The notes under the pieces are model-generated. The model did no database searches and was not told the origin of the DNA. It saw only the letters and a list, made by a program, of their open reading frames with translations. 64,000 nucleotides of DNA from Mytilus californianus. Its lineage: Eukaryota. The stretch lies in assembly GCF_021869535.1 (NCBI RefSeq), contig NW_026262734.1, positions 101,680,001 through 101,744,000 on the forward strand, written 5' to 3'. Of the stretch, positions 58,104 to 64,000 are shown piece after piece; the stretch's first letter is position 1; each line of letters begins with the position of its first letter. A program made the translations under genes and the position numbers.

Positions 58104-60323
58104 AATCTGGGCTAAAGTGTTTTATAACCAGAACCTAATAGAAACCTAATAGAAATGTTGAAGAATTGATATCATCGAAAGGGACCAAAAGTATTGCCAA
58201 ACCAATACATAGACAATAACTGTTTAGTGTCTTTAAATATCAGCTGTATTTGTACGAGGCGAAGAAACAGGTGTAATGCCAGCTTCAGCGAGCTATTACT
58301 CCTGTTTCGAGCCAAGGCTAGCGATATCTGTTGGGCTGTTAATGTATGATAAGACATCCAATTGCAGGATAAAAGGAAGATACATTACTTTATTTCAAAT
58401 AACGTTTTAGTTTATCAACATCAAATTTCAACAAAATATTAACCGTCTTTTTATGACAGGACCAAAAACTGAGTCACTGGGCTGGTGATACCCTCGGGAC
58501 TAACAATTCACAAGTAGAGGTATCGTTCAAGGGGTAGCAATCGCATTAAAAGGTAAAATTACAAAAATTCCGAACTCCGAGGAAAGTTCTAAACGGAAAG
58601 TCCCTTAGTAAATGGAGATTTCAAAAGCTCAAACACATTAAACGATACCTTAAATGCATTTCAATTGAGAAATGTTTTCCACTACACTTTGTTTTGTGTA
58701 AATATTTAATTTCTTTAATGATTTCCCAATATTTCATAATATTTTCAACTGATCATATTTATCAATAAAAAGTAGGTAAATAATATTTGATTTGCCATTG
58801 GCTGCATTATATAAACCTGCAAAGGAATCCGTAGATAGTGCATTTAATGTTGATATGTATTATTCTTATAAGACAATTAAAACATGCACAAAATAAGACT
58901 CACGTCCATAAGAGATCAAAGTGAGCAGACAAGGAACAATGCACGATAGATTCACAGCAACATAAATATAAAACAACATGAACGAAAGCAAGGCTCGGTG
59001 CTCCAGAAGCGTCAGCAGTTCATGTTCCACTAGTTACCCATGTCGTTTTACTCCTATTGAAATCCGTTTAAAGAATATATTTGCAATAAGACATCACACA
59101 ATAGATATTGGCAAATATCTATTTTCTTAACCTTTTATCAAACTATGATATATATTTGAATATGTAAATTGACCAATCAAAATGCATGACCCAAAAGAAA
59201 GTTGTGAACTAAAATAGTTGTGTAGACATCAGATAGACAAGATTGTTACCAACAGAAACAACAAAAACATTAGAAATATAATAATGAAAAAGTATTAATA
59301 AGATTTATTGAATAATTTCACGAAATTCATTACAATATAGATAGACAGAGAAGTCCATAACTGTTCTGGAGAACTATCAAGATCTGCTTTAGGGTAAAGC
59401 TAGAACTACAACTGCCCATGACTGTTCAAGGTTAGAACCGATTCCTAACGGTCTCAAGAGAACTATTATACAGAGTGTGTTATGGAACAGTTCTCTCGAT
59501 AGTTCCTGACAGATTTAAATAGGGGCAGGAACTAATCCCGATTATACATGTTATATTTGACCCAGACAACTTTAATTCAACGTGACATTTAAAAAATTGC
59601 CATAAAAAAAATCAATTAAAATGAATAAATAATTCATATTTGGAGAAATATAAACAATATTTTAGCACAACTATCAGGTTACCTGTACATATCTCATTAA
59701 AAATAAAGGTGAGAGTATTTATTATGAAATATGAAATTGGGAGATTAACCGTATTTGATGATGTACGGGCACCACGAGGTGATTAGGTCCCACAAATCTT
59801 CAAAAACAATTCTGTTGTCTCAATTCTAATATAACTTATAAACAAATCAAACATTTTACAATCATTTTCATGACTTCTGTGGGTGTGTGTACAATTTAAA
59901 ACAATCAATTGTGGAATTGATTCCCTGAAGGTTGAGGCGTTATCTAATCAGAATAAAAATTACAAACATTGTTGAATATCAATTCTAAATTGTAGATTCT
60001 GAAGTAAGGGCTAGTTCATAATCCATTGAAAAATGTGTCTCTCAAAAGCTTAAAGCATTATTTATTTTTCTTTACATTCGACGAAGTGTTTATTAAAACA
60101 AGTTACTTTTGACAAAGAATAAGATGGCTAAGATGTACATAAAGAGAAAATCATAAGTGAGATAACTGATCTTATTTAGAATGCATGTGCAAAAGATCAA
60201 ATCAACAATGTGTTCTGGTTTTTTTCAAAATTGTCGTTTTCATCATCATCATATACGTACTTTACAGTCATACTGAAAAACCAAGAATAACAAATTGTAT
60301 CATTTAAATATAAATTCGCTTAC

Positions 60324-60517
60324 TTTTTCACAGAGAAAATTTGCTAGTTTGTTACACCGAGTATCATCAAATTTTTTCCCTTTCCATATTTGAAGGCATT
60401 TCCGTCCACCAAACGGCTCACCAGGAGTCCACAGTGTATCCGTCAGTAGCAACTCTTTTCCAGAGGTTATCCACTGCCACTTCCCATTATTAAGTCTGCA
60501 TCCAAGAAACACGTTTG
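60324..60517 (-). CDS. C-type lectin domain, C-terminal-half exon (upstream exons not found in window)
   Basis: NVFLGCRLNNGKWQWITSGKELLLTDTLWTPGEPFGGRKCLQIWKGKKFDDTRCNKLANFLCEK has the WIG-like, W-x-W, W-x-P-G-E-P, C...D-x-x-C and F-x-C-E pattern. Acceptor TAG at 60520-60518 and possible donor AAA|GTAAGC at 60324/60323; otherwise it reads through to the stop at 60300. Confidence 0.8.
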
Positions 60518-60789
60518 CTATTTTGATAAATCTTTGAGTTATTGATGATGGTTAAAATGTGAATAAAACATCATTGTTCATTTTCTTTGATTATTTCTTT
60601 AATAATTCACTTATTTTTATATCGGTTAATTTATTGTTGTCCATTCTTGAAAATTCGCAATAATTAATGCACGCAATAATTGATGAATTTACAGAACTAG
60701 TATTTCAAAAAAATAGTTCTTTCGTTCGTTTCAGCCTTTTATTGATGTAAACTTCTCATTTACACCATTCATCATTACACATAAACTGT

Positions 60790-61165
60790 TGACACAGAGA
60801 ATAAATCATGATTAGGAGGTGGGCCATATAATCTCTATGGAAATGAGACTTGCAAATGCCAATACATCTGCATACTAAATAGCATTAGCTTAACATTAGT
60901 AGTTCATCTTAAACTGATCTAATCACAAACTTCAAAATATAGATTTAGCAAATGTTCAAAGGCCATGACTGAGGGGGCGGGACCATATAATTTCCGTGGA
61001 AATGAGATGTGCCAACGATTATACAACTGCATTCCAACTATCATTGACCTACCACTAATGGTTCCCCTTAAACTGACCTATTTACAAACTAATACATTGT
61101 TGACGCCATCGCCGTCGACTCCGGAAACAGCACGCCTAAGTTTCGCTTTTTTCTACTTCTTTGAC
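60790..61165. mobile_element. HINE-like fragment with two ~158-bp tandem units and a GCC microsatellite remnant
   Basis: GGGCCATATAATCTCTATGGAAATGAGA (60821) and GGGACCATATAATTTCCGTGGAAATGAGA (60979), both followed by TTAAACTGA; then GACGCCATCGCCGTCG. Confidence 0.6.
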
Positions 61166-62249
61166 GCGAGACAAAAACAAGACACTACCCAGTGTGATAT
61201 GAGTAATATATATTCACACTGGAAAAAGAAAAAAATCAGGCTATCACTATAAGAGACATGTTTTCATTCACATGGCTATTCCGCATAAACTTTTTTGCAA
61301 CAATAAAAATGAACTCTTATCCAAATAGACATTTTAGTCAATTCAACATTATTATACCATTTATCTTATGTTTTGGCTATACCTTATACCTTTTAGTAGT
61401 GGATACAATACTATTCAGCATTTAAAAGAAACAAATGTAGCATTTTATTTTTGTCATCTTACAAACTACTATCTTCGAAAGTCTTACAATTATCTGATAA
61501 ATTGATTTTACTTTTAGATTTTCCAATGCAATGTACATGATGAATAGATAACAAAAAAAGGATGGATTTTCATACTTTCTACTTTAAATTTTGTTTTTTA
61601 CACGATAATCTCAATCTAGATTTGTATCATGTTTCTGTAGGTTTCAAACGTCTGTATCTTTGACTTGCCAATCTTTTTTGCATAAACATTTTATTGAAAA
61701 TGACAATAGCACTTTTTTTAAACAATAACACATATTTTTATTCATATATTGCCTAGTATATAAATACCTAAGTAGCCCAGGCCAGGTCGCATACTTAGGA
61801 ACCCCTGTATTTTCAACAGCCTCACTCGACCGGGGGAAAAATCAATGAGTTCCAACTCCTATAGTTTTATATACATGTATTTTAATAACCAGTACAATAG
61901 TTTTTACCTGATGAGCATCATTGTTATACGTAATCATTATCGTATATCCAACACACTGACTGCCATGTGTTGATTTAACATTGAAAATTATATATATGAT
62001 TGATAAAAATATAATCTAAATTGGAAATTGTTGATGTGTTTGACACTAATTAGATTTTAAACTGTAATATACCCATGTATGGCTAATAAAAGGATAAATA
62101 AAAGGTGCGTGATGTACTAAGGTAGTATGAAGCATCATGATATATGTTGTAACTTACTATTATACATAATACAGTAATATGCACACACATATGCAAATAT
62201 CGAACACAATAAAAATATTAGTTTTCTTTCTAGTCAAAAATACTTAAAT

Positions 62250-64000
62250 ATTTTCACCAAGTTCATCCTAAGATACAATAATTTAAGATTATTACATATG
62301 GAATCGAACACACCTTTAGCTTAGATCAGTAGAACAAAGTATCCTTTCTTATATTTTTTCGATAAAGAATTCAACTTTCGCTCTGCATATATACTTTATA
62401 ACCGAGCATAGCAAGAGGAGTTTTAATCTGTTTTTCATTTGCATTTTAAGCAAAGCCCGTAGAGATTGCATATTCAGTTTAATTTCATCGAGTTTGCATT
62501 TATTACGTATTTTCCAAATAGTCAATCTAAAATAAAGTATTATTGCGTTTACAATTGAATTATCAGAATTATCTGTACAGATTCCTAATATAATATCGTT
62601 TTCAACAAGTGTCTCGTTATTTATTAAGTTACAAAGTTGTAAATTTCTGACAACTGTTTCTATCAATGGTTTAACATTGTTACATTGATAAAATAAATGC
62701 TCAAGAGTTTCAATTTTATTACTTTCATCACATAAGTGACCTTTTCCGTTATACATGTGCATTATTTGCAGTCTGTTTTAGTATAGATTGTCATATGCAT
62801 ACATTTCCATTGAAATTCTTTAACTTTTCTATTTAAATCCATTTTACTGAGATTTAGCCAAATGTTTTCCCAATATATACTACTAATAAAAAAAATTTTC
62901 AATTTGTTGGACACTTAGGGGTCTCAGTTCTGTTTATGGTTAACTGCAGAAATTTTAATGTCAAATATTTAATTTCAATGATTTTATTATGTGGATTTCG
63001 AAATTCAAAGTTTTCAGAAATTATGATTTTGTGGCTTTTTAAAGTGCGTTGAAAATCGTTATTTTTTAAAATTTGCAAGAGTGTTTGTGGTATGGAACTT
63101 TTAATTCGTAAGTATTCCAAAAATCAGTTACGTGTATCTGTTAGTTGTTGGTATATTTCATTGCGTGATTTAAAATCTTTGGTATTGTCGTCCCATATAT
63201 CACCAATAGTTTTTATTTGACTTTTTAAAAAAGAAGAATAGAACAAAGATTTGCCTTGAAATAAAATATTTGAGTTTTCAAATAATTGCAGTTTCTTTGC
63301 ATCTATTTCGCTAAACATACCCTGTATGATCCCTGTCAATTTTTACTACGATTGTAAAGCGCATTTGTAAAAATGTGGTACGGGTACGGTTTTGATATGA
63401 AGATCTGAAAGGTCAGAACAACTACACAAAAAAAGTTTATCTGCAAAATTCTTTTTATATTTTTTTAACCAAAATGTACCTTTCGCATTCCAACTAGATA
63501 ATGGTTTGTGTAATATCGTATATAATGATTTGATATATTGACTTTTTATCTAAATATCCCCATGCCCCCCTTTTTAACATCTTAACAACAAACCTTTCGG
63601 TCTACTTGATTCACTTTACCATCCCAAATAAAATCCCATATAGCACTTTAAAAATTTGGTGCGTCCGAAGCGCTCTTCTGGATAACTTCCATCATGCGGG
63701 AACACTCAAACCAAAGATCGGAAAGCCAAAACTGTATAAGTACTTGAATATAATGTGGAGCTACATGTATATGACTAAAAAGAATAAACACAAGAAAGAA
63801 GACAAATCCATCAAAGATCAATGTTTCTTGTGGGAGTTTGAAGACTTGCTTCTAAATAATTTCTACATTTATCAAAAGCTAATTTTGGAATAACATAAAC
63901 TGTGCCAATTTTACTTCATCAGAATTGATATGTTGTAAATCATGTCGATGCAACAGCAATGACTACTGATCTAATGTTACTTTCAAGAACTAGAAGTCCA
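62250..64000 (-). mobile_element. Degenerate L1-clade (Tx1-like) LINE, 3' part of ORF2
   Basis: ORF 62349-62762 contains the C-terminal zinc-binding motif (HLCD...ETLEHLFYQC...IILGI...IWKIRN). Upstream frameshifted pieces (SIPQTLLQIL, QIKTIGDIWD, VPVPHFYK) fit the post-RT region of Tx1-type ORF2. Confidence 0.8.

Noticed and set aside
59350-59515. Apparent inverted repeat (CCATAAC, GAACTATC, CTGTTC motifs)
   Set aside because: The shared short motifs are not collinear, so they do not form a real stem.

Overview
AT-rich eukaryotic genomic DNA. The repeat landscape (Naiad-type Penelope-like RTs, Meta- and V-domain SINEs, HINE-like satellite-bearing elements) points to a bivalve mollusc, most like a mytilid mussel; this is inferred from recalled repeat families, not from a database search. 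One intact protein-coding gene is well supported: a two-coding-exon two-pore-domain K+ channel (K2P/TWIK family) on the minus strand, with the first GYG filter split by a GT-AG intron. Two other host-gene-like pieces lie on the minus strand. One is a frameshifted ~214-aa gene with a ParB/Sulfiredoxin-like DNRRL domain and a C-terminal membrane anchor, my best candidate for an undescribed system. The other is an orphan C-type lectin exon. Most of the remaining recognisable sequence is transposon debris: about ten Penelope-like (Naiad-type) fragments, a Gypsy gag-pol relic, a Tx1/L1-type LINE, SINEs, MITE-like palindromes, a non-autonomous TIR element with a 5-bp TSD, hammerhead-like remnants, a ~6-kb foldback-like inverted repeat at the window start and a 64-bp tandem array upstream of the channel. 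Repeat boundaries and identities were read by eye and are approximate. Exon and junction coordinates were counted base by base.
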